A DNA stretch of 64,000 nt from Vicinamibacterales bacterium. GTDB taxonomy: Bacteria > Acidobacteriota > Vicinamibacteria > Vicinamibacterales > UBA8438. The position numbers and the translations under genes were made by a program. How positions within the stretch are numbered: position 1 is the stretch's first letter; the number at the start of each line of letters is the position of its first letter. The notes beneath the pieces were generated by a model. It was not told where the DNA came from and made no database searches. It saw only the letters and a program-made list of their open reading frames with translations. Positions 32,261 to 42,145 of this stretch are shown here, piece after piece. Location of the stretch: contig CBDAMZ010000005.1 in the NCBI GenBank assembly GCA_965197375.1, positions 12,037 to 76,036 of the forward strand. Reading direction: 5' to 3'.

Positions 32261-32439
32261 ACTTCCTTGACGGGCTTAACCTGCCGGCCCTTGTAGTATC
32301 CGCAATGTGCACAGACCTGGTGCGGGAGCTTAGCCTCGTGACACTGGGGGCATTCGCCCATTTCCACCGGGCGAAGCGCATCGTGAGCTCGACGCTTGGC
32401 GGTACGCGCCTTGGAATGACGCCGTTTCGGATTCGGCAC
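32257..32439 (-). CDS. rpmF: 50S ribosomal protein L32
   Basis: MPNPKRRHSKARTAKRRAH..CPQC...KLPHQVC.HCGYY. Confidence 0.96.
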   Translation of the reverse strand: MPNPKRRHSKARTAKRRAHDALRPVEMGECPQCHEAKLPHQVCAHCGYYKGRQVKPVKEV

Positions 32440-32443
32440 GTGT

Positions 32444-32995
32444 TTAGCTCTTTCGCCTCGGCTCGCCACGCTTCTCGTCGGACAGTAACAACTCGAGTGA
32501 TTCGAGGCGTGGATCGTGCCAGCTCGTATTGCAATCACAACTCTCAGCGTTCCGGTTAATGCCACACATTGGACATAATCCGAGGCACTCCTCGCGACAG
32601 AGCGGTTTCATCGGCGCCGCCAGTTGGAGTTGTTCTCGTACTAATTGCCCGAGGTCGATCTGATCCTCCCGATAGAACCCCGTCGAGAGATCGTCGTCCG
32701 ACACCTCAAACTCGCCCTCACCATGATTCACCCGCTGTGGAAAATACCGGAGGTCCACGGCAAGGTCGACAGGTTTGTCGTAGGATTCCAGACACCTGCA
32801 GCATGACAGTTCCACGGTCGTCTGCATCCGACCAAGCAGGTGGTACTTATCACCGTCCTTCCGTACATCCAGAGCCATCCGTACGTGGCTAGCCACCACA
32901 TACTCGCCCCCCACTTCGGCCGCGAAGGTGGCCGCCGGGTACGATCGCTCGACCCGGTCACCGGTAGCACGCACCTCGCACAAGTTAAGAAACAT
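32444..32995 (-). CDS. YceD/DUF177 family protein
   Basis: C.RCL, PMKPLCREECLGLCPMCG.N, DPR; upstream of rpmF. Confidence 0.92.
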   Translation of the reverse strand: MFLNLCEVRATGDRVERSYPAATFAAEVGGEYVVASHVRMALDVRKDGDKYHLLGRMQTTVELSCCRCLESYDKPVDLAVDLRYFPQRVNHGEGEFEVSDDDLSTGFYREDQIDLGQLVREQLQLAAPMKPLCREECLGLCPMCGINRNAESCDCNTSWHDPRLESLELLLSDEKRGEPRRKS

Positions 32996-33034
32996 TGGGT
33001 TCACTGAACCTTTGCCTGCTAGACGAGTGGTGGA

Positions 33035-34102
33035 TTATATCACGCGTTCCCACGGACGCGGGATGAAGAGCTCCTCGAAAAGGCTGATCGCAAACCGGTC
33101 AGTCATGCCAGCGAGGAAGTCACTGGCAGCCACATCGACCCCATCGCGATCGAGGGTCCGGTGATCAAGAAACCGCTCGGGCACCTCTCGCACCTTTTCC
33201 CATAAACCTCCGAGGACACCGAAGGTTTTCTTAAACTCGGCCGTGGCCACGTCGTTCTCATAGACCGCACTGAATAGGAAAGCACGCAGGTCAAGTGTGG
33301 CCTTGAGCACACCGGTGCTCATGTCGATCTCAGGTTCTGCATCGCGAGCCAGGGTCTGTTCTACAACGTCAGCCACCATACAGCCAATACGCTCCGACGA
33401 CGTTGAACCAAGCACTGCAATCGCGTCTCGCGGCAGTGCCTCCGGTCGGAGTACTCCGGCACGAACGGCATCGTCGATATCGTGATTCACGTAGGCGATG
33501 ATGTCAGCCACGCGGGCGACTTGCCCTTCCAACGTAGCCGCCCGATGAGCCGGGTCAGTTCCCACGGGCGCACCGGCCTTCCCCTTCGAGTGTTTGGCGA
33601 TACCGTCCCGAACCTCCCAGGTCAAGTTCAGACCGCGACCATCTTGCTCCAGAACATCAACAACACGAAGACTCTGCTCGTAGTGATTAAAACCTCCAGG
33701 AATCAGGTCTTTGAGGACCAGCTCGCCCGCGTGCCCGAACGGGGCGTGCCCAAGATCGTGGCCAAGCGCGACCGCCTCGGTCAGTTCCTCGTTGAGACGG
33801 AGCACCTTCGCGATGGTACGTGCAATCTGTGAAACCTCCAGCGTGTGCGTAAGGCGTGTCCGATAATGGTCCCCCGCCGGCGCCAGAAAGACCTGTGTCT
33901 TGTGCTTTAGTCGCCGAAAAGCCTTCGAGTGCACGATGCGGTCGCGGTCCCGCTGAAACGCTGGACGGATCGGATCCTCGGATTCGGGGCGCAACCGCCG
34001 CTTACTTTCGGCACTTTTAGCGGCCCGCGGCGCGAGTTCACGCCGCTCTCGTTCCTCGAGCTCTATTCGAATCACACCCACTCGCACTGCGTCAGGCATC
34101 AC
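33035..34102 (-). CDS. dGTP triphosphohydrolase-like HD-domain protein
   Basis: FQRDRDRIVHSKAFRRLKHKTQVF, RTRLTHTLEV, HDLGHAPFGHAGE, DFLAGMTDRFA. Confidence 0.92.
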   Translation of the reverse strand: MMPDAVRVGVIRIELEERERRELAPRAAKSAESKRRLRPESEDPIRPAFQRDRDRIVHSKAFRRLKHKTQVFLAPAGDHYRTRLTHTLEVSQIARTIAKVLRLNEELTEAVALGHDLGHAPFGHAGELVLKDLIPGGFNHYEQSLRVVDVLEQDGRGLNLTWEVRDGIAKHSKGKAGAPVGTDPAHRAATLEGQVARVADIIAYVNHDIDDAVRAGVLRPEALPRDAIAVLGSTSSERIGCMVADVVEQTLARDAEPEIDMSTGVLKATLDLRAFLFSAVYENDVATAEFKKTFGVLGGLWEKVREVPERFLDHRTLDRDGVDVAASDFLAGMTDRFAISLFEELFIPRPWERVI

Positions 34103-34137
34103 TGGGCCTGGTCACGGACACTAATATTGTCCAGAAA

Positions 34138-35142
34138 CTAAGGGACTGAGCCCGATCCGCCGCTCTCGAATGGCGAGCTTGAAGCGATCGTTGGCGATCC
34201 GTCCTGATCAGCTCGCACGGCGCGTGCGACCGACACCAACGCGTTTGGATGCTCCCCTGGCAGGTGAACCCACCGTAGATTAGGCTCTTTGCTGAACCAA
34301 AGCAACTGACGACGGGAGTACCGCTGGTTTTCTCTAACTATAAGTTCCCGAGTAGCTTTCTCATCCCTAACGCCCTTGACATGCTCCAGAACCTGGCGAT
34401 AGACCAATCCACCAAACGGAGGTGCATCCTCCGGAACCCCACGGTCGAGCAAGTACTGGACTTCTTTGAGAAGGCCCCGGTCGAACTGTCGATCGACTCG
34501 TTCAGCGACCCGCCTGGCCGTCTCAGCAACAGGGAGCCGTAACCCGAAGGCCATAACACGATATTCCCCCAGCGGTGACCGAGTCTCGGCGAAGTGGTCC
34601 GTTAGCGGCCGGCCCGTCAAGAAATACACCTCGAGCGCGCGGACCAGGCGCTTCTCGTCCCGCGCATGGATGCGTCGTGCCGATGCCGGATCTACCCGCG
34701 CGACCATTTGATGCAAATACAACGTGCCACGCCAACGTGCAATTTTGGTCAACCGCGCGCGTAACGCTACATTCCGGGCTGGACCAGGGAACAGACCGCG
34801 CGCAAGAGCACGATAGTACAGGCCCGTTCCACCAACTAGAATAGGCAGTCGGCCTCGGTCGGTAACCGCCCGGATCACCGCCGCCGCCTCACTGGCGTAG
34901 CGAGCCGCTGAATAACGATCGGTCGAGTCTGTCACGTCGACAAGGTGATGCAAAATTCCTCGGCGCAGACAGGCCGGCACCTTGTCGGTACCGATGTCGA
35001 AACCGCGGTACACCGCGGCCGAGTCGCAGCTCACGATCTCGCCGTCGAGCCGCTCCGCCAATGCGAGCCCAAGCGTGCTCTTACCGGTCGCGGTTGGGCC
35101 GACAATCGCGATAAGCCGGCGACGTCGACAGAAAACTGTCAT
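34138..35142 (-). CDS. miaA: tRNA dimethylallyltransferase
   Basis: GPTATGKS, DS..VYRGFDIGTDK, VGGTGLY, RALEV, YSRRQLLWF. Confidence 0.95.
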   Translation of the reverse strand: MTVFCRRRRLIAIVGPTATGKSTLGLALAERLDGEIVSCDSAAVYRGFDIGTDKVPACLRRGILHHLVDVTDSTDRYSAARYASEAAAVIRAVTDRGRLPILVGGTGLYYRALARGLFPGPARNVALRARLTKIARWRGTLYLHQMVARVDPASARRIHARDEKRLVRALEVYFLTGRPLTDHFAETRSPLGEYRVMAFGLRLPVAETARRVAERVDRQFDRGLLKEVQYLLDRGVPEDAPPFGGLVYRQVLEHVKGVRDEKATRELIVRENQRYSRRQLLWFSKEPNLRWVHLPGEHPNALVSVARAVRADQDGSPTIASSSPFESGGSGSVP

Positions 35143-35253
35143 GTCAGCCTTGACTACCGCAGTAGCACGGTGGCCACCAGCGCAGCCCTTGGCAGAATAT
35201 GTCTGGAACCGAATACGACCGTAATTGTGAGACGGGCCACTTGGCTTATCTCC

Positions 35254-36339
35254 CTACGCTGGCGGCGTCTCGTTAAAATAGAACGTTACCGTAAAAAAAA
35301 CCCTGTCATCAGGGTACTCGGGAGGCAGGGGCTGCGTCGGATTCGATGAGAGCAATGCATTAAACGCAGAGTGGTTAAAAGCCTGGGTGCTCGATGGATC
35401 GACGATTTTCAGATCAGACATCGTGCCGTCGTCATGGACAAAAAAAGTCAGCACCACGTGGCCGCGCATTGTCAACGCGGCATAAGGTACGAACCAGTTA
35501 CGCCGGAGCTGTGCCACGAACCTCCGGATCCACGGCCCGAACTCTACACCCTTCGAGTCGAACTGAATCGACGGCCCGTACTTGCCCGTATCGCCGCGAA
35601 GATTGGCGAAGTTCTCCTGGCGCACGTAGCGTTCCATGTCCTGCACCGCTTGATCAAGCAACCCTTCCGCTGGCAGGTCGCCGCTAGACCCACGTAGACC
35701 TGAACCACCTAGCTTGACATCAGGCATCGACAACGTCGATCCTGCAAAATCCGGAACGGCGACGTCATAGGATTCCCGCTCACCACCTGGTTCACCGGCG
35801 CGCTCCGCTAGCTCTCTTGCATCTAATTGAGGTTCGGGTACGTCGGCAAACTGTACGTCCGGTGGTTTTGGCATATCACCGCCCGCGAGGGCACCAATCA
35901 GATCGGATTCGGTCAGGCCGTCGCCGGGATTGTCTGGTTCAACGAACTCAAGAGAATTGCCTTCCGCAATCGGTAGGCGGTTCTCCGGGTCCTCTGCTCT
36001 CCTCGGTGACTGGGCGATCCGATCGCGGTCGGAAAAGACAGCATCGGTTCGAGGTGATTCGATCGCATCCAGATCCATCCGTGGCTCGATGAAGACGAAC
36101 CGCCGATTGTCAGCCTCCCTCGCTTGCCGAGACGCCTTCGACTGCAACTCTGCCAACTCGGCCAAGTGCTCAGCCCGTCGTGCCTCCGCTTCCTGGACGA
36201 ACGGCAGTCGTGGGAAGAGGAGCACTATTAAGACGACGGCAAGATGCGCAAAGAGCGACAGTAGGCTCTGCTCACGCCACGACATCGCCGACTCAATAGT
36301 CGGAGTGTCAAAACGACGGTCTTCGAAATCGAAGTACAT
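35254..36339 (-). CDS. TonB/TolA-like energy transducer protein
   Basis: N-terminal TM (SLFAH motif), acidic/Pro linker, TonB_C-like end (WFVPY, F.V..DG, SS..AFNHSA..AL, PLPPEYP). Confidence 0.75.
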   Translation of the reverse strand: MYFDFEDRRFDTPTIESAMSWREQSLLSLFAHLAVVLIVLLFPRLPFVQEAEARRAEHLAELAELQSKASRQAREADNRRFVFIEPRMDLDAIESPRTDAVFSDRDRIAQSPRRAEDPENRLPIAEGNSLEFVEPDNPGDGLTESDLIGALAGGDMPKPPDVQFADVPEPQLDARELAERAGEPGGERESYDVAVPDFAGSTLSMPDVKLGGSGLRGSSGDLPAEGLLDQAVQDMERYVRQENFANLRGDTGKYGPSIQFDSKGVEFGPWIRRFVAQLRRNWFVPYAALTMRGHVVLTFFVHDDGTMSDLKIVDPSSTQAFNHSAFNALLSSNPTQPLPPEYPDDRVFFTVTFYFNETPPA

Positions 36340-36365
36340 AAAAAACTTCGCCGATTATAGCTCGC

Positions 36366-37106
36366 TCATGGTCGACGTGCCTCGTATAGATAGACGATCC
36401 CAAAATTCAGAGGAACGGCGCGAATCTCCGTGAACCCCGTTTCGTGCAACAGCTCGCAAAATTCCGGTACGTTCGGGAACGCGCCAACCGATGCCGGTAA
36501 ATACGTGTAGGCACTTTGGTGTCCGGAGATAATCCGGCCGAGGCACGGCAGAACCAGACGGAAATACCATCGGTAGAGCGATCGAAGCAATGGCATCTTC
36601 GGCGTGCCGAATTCCAGGATGGCGATTCGACCACCTGGCCGAACGACGCGGCACATCTCGGTGAGCACGCGCCTTGGCTCCTGCACGTTTCGAATGCCGA
36701 AGGCTATGGTGACCGCGTCAATCGATTCGTTCGCGAGCGGCAAACCAGCAACATCTGCCTGCACAAGACGAATTCGATCGGATAGCTCGGCCCGGTTGAG
36801 TTTGGCGCGCCCGTGACGAAGCATTTCGGCTGCGAAATCTACACCGATGACCCAGACCGCGCCGCTTGTGTCGTGCATGACCGCCAATGCCAGGTCGCCT
36901 GTCCCGGTACATAAATCGAGGACCCTCTCACGCCCGGTCAACTGCAGCGAGCGGGCCGTACGTACACGCCACCTTTGGTCGAGACCGGCGCTCAAGAGAT
37001 GGTTTAAGAAGTCATAACGCCCCGCGATCGCATCGAACATGCTCGCGATCTGTCTGGGCGCCCTATCGAGCGGGAGCGGAGTTGAAGACGAGCTTTGGCG
37101 GCTCAT
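36366..37106 (-). CDS. ubiE: Demethylmenaquinone methyltransferase (UbiE/MenG)
   Basis: MFDAIAGRYDFLNHLLSAG, LDLCTGTGD, AFGIRNV, AYTYLPASV. Confidence 0.92.
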   Translation of the reverse strand: MSRQSSSSTPLPLDRAPRQIASMFDAIAGRYDFLNHLLSAGLDQRWRVRTARSLQLTGRERVLDLCTGTGDLALAVMHDTSGAVWVIGVDFAAEMLRHGRAKLNRAELSDRIRLVQADVAGLPLANESIDAVTIAFGIRNVQEPRRVLTEMCRVVRPGGRIAILEFGTPKMPLLRSLYRWYFRLVLPCLGRIISGHQSAYTYLPASVGAFPNVPEFCELLHETGFTEIRAVPLNFGIVYLYEARRP

Positions 37107-37121
37107 CTGATAGCCTGGCCA

Positions 37122-37736
37122 CTACCCGGTCCACACCGGGTAAAGCCGGTGCTCGATTCCGAGAGACGATAGGATTTTTCCAGCCATGAAGTCAGCGAGA
37201 TCATCAATGGTGCGCGGTTTCTGGTAGAACGCCGGCATTGCCGGGAGTACTTGCGCACCAGCCTCCGCGCAAAGCGCCAGGTTGCGCAGCTGCGGAAGAC
37301 TCATAGGCGTTTCCCGTGGCACGATAATGAGGGGGCGCCGCTCCTTCAGCACGACATCGGCAGTCCGTTCGATCAGATTACGCGAGAGCCCATGTGCCAC
37401 GCCAGCCAGTGTCTTCATTGAACAAGGTACGATGATCATGCCATCGCAGGGATAGCTTCCACTCGCAATCGAGGCCCCGACGTCCTTATTGCTATGCGTG
37501 ATGAGCGTGCCGTGGTGCACCGTACTGCCGTAGCGATCAACGAGATACTGGTCTAGGCGGTCGATGGCCGCGGCCGGCCCGAGTTCGTCCCGCAGTAGCC
37601 GGCGGCCCATGTCAGATACGACCAATTCGACACGAAGGTCCCGTCCGAGCAGTGCGGCGAGCGTCCGGACGGCATACAGTGCTCCGCTGGCGCCGGTGAC
37701 ACCGACTGCGACGATGCGTGGAGACTTATCTGACAT
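37122..37736 (-). CDS. ubiX: Flavin prenyltransferase UbiX
   Basis: GVTGASGALYA, ASGS, PCSMKTLA, LKERRPL..VPRETP, PAFYQKP. Confidence 0.94.
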   Translation of the reverse strand: MSDKSPRIVAVGVTGASGALYAVRTLAALLGRDLRVELVVSDMGRRLLRDELGPAAAIDRLDQYLVDRYGSTVHHGTLITHSNKDVGASIASGSYPCDGMIIVPCSMKTLAGVAHGLSRNLIERTADVVLKERRPLIIVPRETPMSLPQLRNLALCAEAGAQVLPAMPAFYQKPRTIDDLADFMAGKILSSLGIEHRLYPVWTG

Positions 37737-38583
37737 AGAGGGCCGCCGCTGTTGCCACCAGATAAAGAATCCCTACATAGCCATTCAGATCAAACGCCAG
37801 CTTCACGCGTGAGAGGTCGCTGGCACTAACAAGTGACTGTTCATACGCCAACAGTACAGCCACACCGGCGACTCCGACCAGGTAGAGTGGCCCCAGGGAC
37901 GTCACGAGTGCGAGCGCCGCCAGCGCTCCAACCGCCAGCACATGAAAGGCACGCGAAATCCAAAGAGATCGAGCGACACCAAACCGCACAGGAATCGACT
38001 TAAGGCCCTGCGCTCTGTCAAATTCGAAATCCTCACAAGCGTACAGGATGTCGAACCCCGCCACCCACGCGCCGGTCGCCAATCCCAGCAACCAGGGTTG
38101 CCACCCTACGCGGCCACCTGCCGCTAGCCACCCGCCGACCGGTGCCACGGCAAGCGCGAGGCCGAGAAAGACCTGAGTGTACATCGTGTAACGTTTAGCG
38201 AGCGAGTACCAGAATACGATCGCGAGTGCAACCGGAGACAGCGTAAAACAAATTATCCCCAATGGATAGGTGACCATTACGAAGGCCAGGGACATAATGA
38301 CCACAAGCGTGATGGCCTCCGCATGTGAGACACGCCCGCGCGGCAGCTCCCGGTTCGCCGTACGTGGGTTCAGCGCGTCGTAGCGAGCGTCAACCAATCG
38401 ATTGAAGCTCATCGCAGCGGTGCGAGCTATTATCATCGCCGCCACGATCCAAGCAACGCGCGTCACGGTGAGCGTGACGACTTCACTTGCCAACAACGCT
38501 CCCGTGAGTGCAAACGGCAACGCAAAGGCCGTATGGCTGAAACGGACAAACGAAGCGTACGTGAGAAGGCGGCCTACCACCAC
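37726..38583 (-). CDS. UbiA-like menaquinone prenyltransferase (MqnP-type)
   Basis: F.HT.FALPFA, ARTAAMSFNRLVD..YD..NPRTANRELP, YSLAKRYT, GFDILYA. Confidence 0.9.
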   Translation of the reverse strand: MVVGRLLTYASFVRFSHTAFALPFALTGALLASEVVTLTVTRVAWIVAAMIIARTAAMSFNRLVDARYDALNPRTANRELPRGRVSHAEAITLVVIMSLAFVMVTYPLGIICFTLSPVALAIVFWYSLAKRYTMYTQVFLGLALAVAPVGGWLAAGGRVGWQPWLLGLATGAWVAGFDILYACEDFEFDRAQGLKSIPVRFGVARSLWISRAFHVLAVGALAALALVTSLGPLYLVGVAGVAVLLAYEQSLVSASDLSRVKLAFDLNGYVGILYLVATAAALYVR

Positions 38584-38693
38584 AGGGCACCAAGATCCGG
38601 TTTCATGATTTATCGAAGGGCAAACTTTAGTCCTGTGAATGTCATGTCCAGTTAATAACCTCTCGTCAGAAGGACTTCAGTGTTTAGCAATAA

Positions 38694-39932
38694 CTAGTCC
38701 TGAAGACCAGCGCCAGTAATGTCTTCCAGCCAACTGATCTGGTCTGGCTCGATCCCACTCAGTAGGTATTCTTCCACATCGTCAATTGGTCCAGGAAGCT
38801 CGACCGCGATCAGCGCGGCGCGCCGGGACGGCTCGATCGCCCCAAGCTCATCGCCAAAACCGAGTGCTGTGGCGCCCTGGAGGGTCGCGGTCTCGAGAAC
38901 AGCCGAGGCTGACACGGCTGGTGCCAGGCGCCGAATCTCCGCGATCTCAGCGAAAAGGTTGAGGTCAGGCGTGCTCGCGAGACTGTCGGTACCTACCGCA
39001 AGACGAACGCCTGAGGTATAAAAGAGCGTCTCCGGCGGTACCCCGGCACCGGTCCAGACGTTGCTACGCGGGCAGGTCACCAGTGTCGCGCCCGCCCGTG
39101 CAAGTCGGTTGAGCTCGGCCCGCGTTAGGTGGACCCCATGCACGACCAGCGTGTCACATTTTACCCATCCCAAGCGTTCGAGGTACTCGACCGGCCCTTC
39201 GCGCGGCGGGTGCCAGCGGGGGTTCCAGCGGCCATGCTCCTCCAGGATCGCACGCCATGGCCCGGTACCTGAACGCAGAAATTCGAGTTCCTCCAACGAC
39301 TCGGCCAGATGGACCGACAAGGGACCAGGGAGGCGACCGTCGGTCACCGCTCCGCGGAGCGCAACGAACAACGCCGGCGCCACCGAGTAGGGCGCATGGG
39401 CCGCCGGCACTAGACGCACTTGATCCCGCCTGTTCTGCGCGATTTCTGTGCGCAGGCGCTTGACGAGAACCCCCCCGTCAGCCACATCGAAGCCTAGCAC
39501 CTCCCGGAAGACGACCGCGTAGATCGAGCTCTCTTCAAGTGGCCCGACGGACGCTAGTGTGTTGCTAACGTCCCCGACCAGAGCGGTTCCGGCACGCCGT
39601 AACTCACCGACCGCCGCTCGCAGCGCCGCCTCGTCCTCTAAGGTTCGAGCGCCTTCCTGGTTAGCCATCACCTGCCGTGCCCAGGCTGGCATCGTCTGCG
39701 CAGGAGGTACTGACCCGCGTAGACCAGAGAGTTCGAGATGGGTATGAGCGTTGACCAAGCCTGGCAGGATAACCTTCGAGTCAAGGTGGATCGCGCCGCC
39801 AGCGGGCATGCGCCGTGGGCGCGGCTCATCTGACCCAAGGGCGGCAACGACACCGTCAACAACTTCGACCCATCCGCGCCGGATCGGAGGCGCCGTAATG
39901 GGAACGATCCAGGCAGCGTGATAGCGAGTCAT
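38694..39932 (-). CDS. Amidohydrolase, probable aminodeoxyfutalosine deaminase
   Basis: PGLVNAHTHLELS, HAPYSV, HLAES.EE, HGVH, CPRSN, GTDSLAS; next to mqnC. Confidence 0.8.
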   Translation of the reverse strand: MTRYHAAWIVPITAPPIRRGWVEVVDGVVAALGSDEPRPRRMPAGGAIHLDSKVILPGLVNAHTHLELSGLRGSVPPAQTMPAWARQVMANQEGARTLEDEAALRAAVGELRRAGTALVGDVSNTLASVGPLEESSIYAVVFREVLGFDVADGGVLVKRLRTEIAQNRRDQVRLVPAAHAPYSVAPALFVALRGAVTDGRLPGPLSVHLAESLEELEFLRSGTGPWRAILEEHGRWNPRWHPPREGPVEYLERLGWVKCDTLVVHGVHLTRAELNRLARAGATLVTCPRSNVWTGAGVPPETLFYTSGVRLAVGTDSLASTPDLNLFAEIAEIRRLAPAVSASAVLETATLQGATALGFGDELGAIEPSRRAALIAVELPGPIDDVEEYLLSGIEPDQISWLEDITGAGLQD

Positions 39933-40136
39933 CTTCCGCGAGAGGATCCCAACTTCAGGGTGTCACCTCGCCTGTCACTCAATTTCCTTGGGACGAGCGA
40001 TCAGTTTCGCACTTCGAAGATGGCTCAGATCCTGACGAGCTAATTGGCCAGCGGCGACACTATGCCAACGTCCTTGTACCGCCTTTACCCATTTCTTCGC
40101 CGAAGATCTCAACCATCGACATGGTGAGGGCCTCGA

Positions 40137-41351
40137 CTATTCCAGAAACTGGCGACGTTTGCCGGGCCGGCTCCGTGCAGGATACCGGTCGAGCTCTGGC
40201 GGCACTCTCGTATCGCCAGTGGATCGAGCGACCGCAAGCTCGAGCATTCGTGGAATTTCCTGCTTACGAAAAAGTGGATCCCCAAGAATCGCGTAGTGCA
40301 TGTTGCGTCTCTTCGGAATAAATCCGGCGTCTTCGATGTTCCGAACGATCTCGACTTCATCCATACAGCAGCTCGCACCGGCAGCACGAACTACATTTTC
40401 TTCGATCATCACGCTTCCCATGTCGTTAGCACCATAGGCCAGGCTGAGCTGCCCAACCTTGCTTCCCTGCGTCACCCAGGATGCCTGCAGGTTGTCGAAG
40501 TTGTCCAGCACCAACCGTGCAATAGCTAACGTTCGGAGATAGTCAACGGCAGCAGTCTCAGCGCCTCCAAGCTTGGTATTTGATGGTTGATAGCTCCACG
40601 TAATAAACGCTGTAAATCCTCCCGTCTCGTCCTGTAACTCTCGTAGTCGAAGGAGATGCTCGATGCGCTCAGCTTGGGATTCAACGCTCCCGTACATCAT
40701 TGTCGCCGTAGTTCGCAGGCCTGCCTCGTGGGCCACACGCATAACCTCGAGCCACTCGGATGCAGTAGCCTTGCTATAGCAGTTGAGTCGCTCGCGGACA
40801 CTGTCCACCAGGATCTCCGCGCCCCCGCCAGGAACGCTGTCCAGCCCAGCCACGATCAACCGATCGACAACCATTTGGACTGGAAGCTGTGATAGTCGAG
40901 ACAGGTGAATGATTTCAGGCGGCGACAACGCGTGTAGCTTGAACGTCGGGTATCGAGCCTTTATTGCTCGAAATAAATCTTCGTACCAAGTGAGCGGAAG
41001 GTCGGGGTTGTGCCCACCCTGCAATAACAGCTGCACCCCACCGACGGCGATCGTCTCGTCGATTTTTTTGAAGATTTCGTCAAATCCAAGCACGTAACCT
41101 TCCTCGGAGCCGACCGGGCGGTAGAACGCACAGAAGTTGCAACGGGCCACACAGACGTTCGTGTAATTAACGTTGCGGTCGATGATGTAGGTGACAACGC
41201 CCGCTGGATGCTTGCTGGCGCGCACCTGATCGGCCAGCCGACCGAGCTGATGGGTTGAGGAGCCGAGGTAGAGACCGAGCGCCTCCTTACCGGTTAAGCG
41301 TTGCCCGCTGAGAATCTTCTGAGAGGCTCGGTCGATGTCACTTGGCCTCAT
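40137..41351 (-). CDS. mqnC: Cyclic dehypoxanthinyl futalosine synthase (radical SAM)
   Basis: TYIIDRNVNYTNVCVARCNFCAFYR, LLQGGHNP, PGGGAEIL, QASWVTQG, GANDMGSVMIEENVV. Confidence 0.93.
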   Translation of the reverse strand: MRPSDIDRASQKILSGQRLTGKEALGLYLGSSTHQLGRLADQVRASKHPAGVVTYIIDRNVNYTNVCVARCNFCAFYRPVGSEEGYVLGFDEIFKKIDETIAVGGVQLLLQGGHNPDLPLTWYEDLFRAIKARYPTFKLHALSPPEIIHLSRLSQLPVQMVVDRLIVAGLDSVPGGGAEILVDSVRERLNCYSKATASEWLEVMRVAHEAGLRTTATMMYGSVESQAERIEHLLRLRELQDETGGFTAFITWSYQPSNTKLGGAETAAVDYLRTLAIARLVLDNFDNLQASWVTQGSKVGQLSLAYGANDMGSVMIEENVVRAAGASCCMDEVEIVRNIEDAGFIPKRRNMHYAILGDPLFRKQEIPRMLELAVARSTGDTRVPPELDRYPARSRPGKRRQFLE

Positions 41352-42145
41352 AACTCATAAAACCGCAACGCCACTGAGCTCTGGACGATGCCGAGATCAA
41401 GCGCCGCAGCAAAGAACTTCTTCAACCCGGCTCGAGCTTGCTCAGTCAACACATACCGCACATTTTCGCGGAGATACGTGCCGGCCCACTCGACCAGTTC
41501 CTCGTTGTCCTGGCCGTACGCGACCGCGATTTCGTCCAGCGCCGCCACGCCACCGTCACGTGCGGCACGCAACGCTTCGATATGGACAGCCTCGACTGCC
41601 CTCAGGCGCCCGGTCCAGAAGGCCCAGACGAACGGCAAGTTGGTCATAGCCGTCCACTCGTCACCGAGGTCAATCTTGTCGAGTCCTTCGGTTTCGTGCT
41701 CCGTAAAAAGCGCGACGTCCCCGATAAGAAGCGCTGCGTCACACCGCTTCAGCATCGCTGGAAGGTCCGGAGGTAGCGTGACAAACTTCGGCTCGATGTC
41801 AAACCACTGCGCACACAGGATTCGCAATAACGCTACGGCCGTCCTCGAACAAGAATCGATGGCGATCGAACGAATCGCAGTCGTTGGCCGTTTGGTGAAC
41901 AGCGCTACCGACGCTACCGGACCCTCAGAGGTCACGGCGATATCTGGGACAATATGGTAGTCCGTCCGCCGGAGATACTCGATACTGGGAATGAGGCCGA
42001 GGTCGATTGAACCGTTGTGTAAAAACGACGCGCACTTGGCAGGAACGTCGAACTGAAGGGAAAATAAATCAGTTCGCTCGCTGAGACCATGTACGAGCGG
42101 TCTAGCATTCAGATACTGGACGGAGCTAACGCGGATCGCGCTCAT
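41348..42145 (-). CDS. mqnA: Chorismate dehydratase
   Basis: V.YLNARPL, GPVASV, SRTAV.L, AALLIGD, DLG.EW...T.LPFVWAFW. Confidence 0.9.
   Translation of the reverse strand: MSAIRVSSVQYLNARPLVHGLSERTDLFSLQFDVPAKCASFLHNGSIDLGLIPSIEYLRRTDYHIVPDIAVTSEGPVASVALFTKRPTTAIRSIAIDSCSRTAVALLRILCAQWFDIEPKFVTLPPDLPAMLKRCDAALLIGDVALFTEHETEGLDKIDLGDEWTAMTNLPFVWAFWTGRLRAVEAVHIEALRAARDGGVAALDEIAVAYGQDNEELVEWAGTYLRENVRYVLTEQARAGLKKFFAAALDLGIVQSSVALRFYEL

Noticed and set aside
31245..32534. 429-aa ORF suggesting PlsX with a long novel N-terminal extension
   Set aside because: The extension is an off-frame read through rpmF and yceD. The real PlsX start is at 32260 in another frame.
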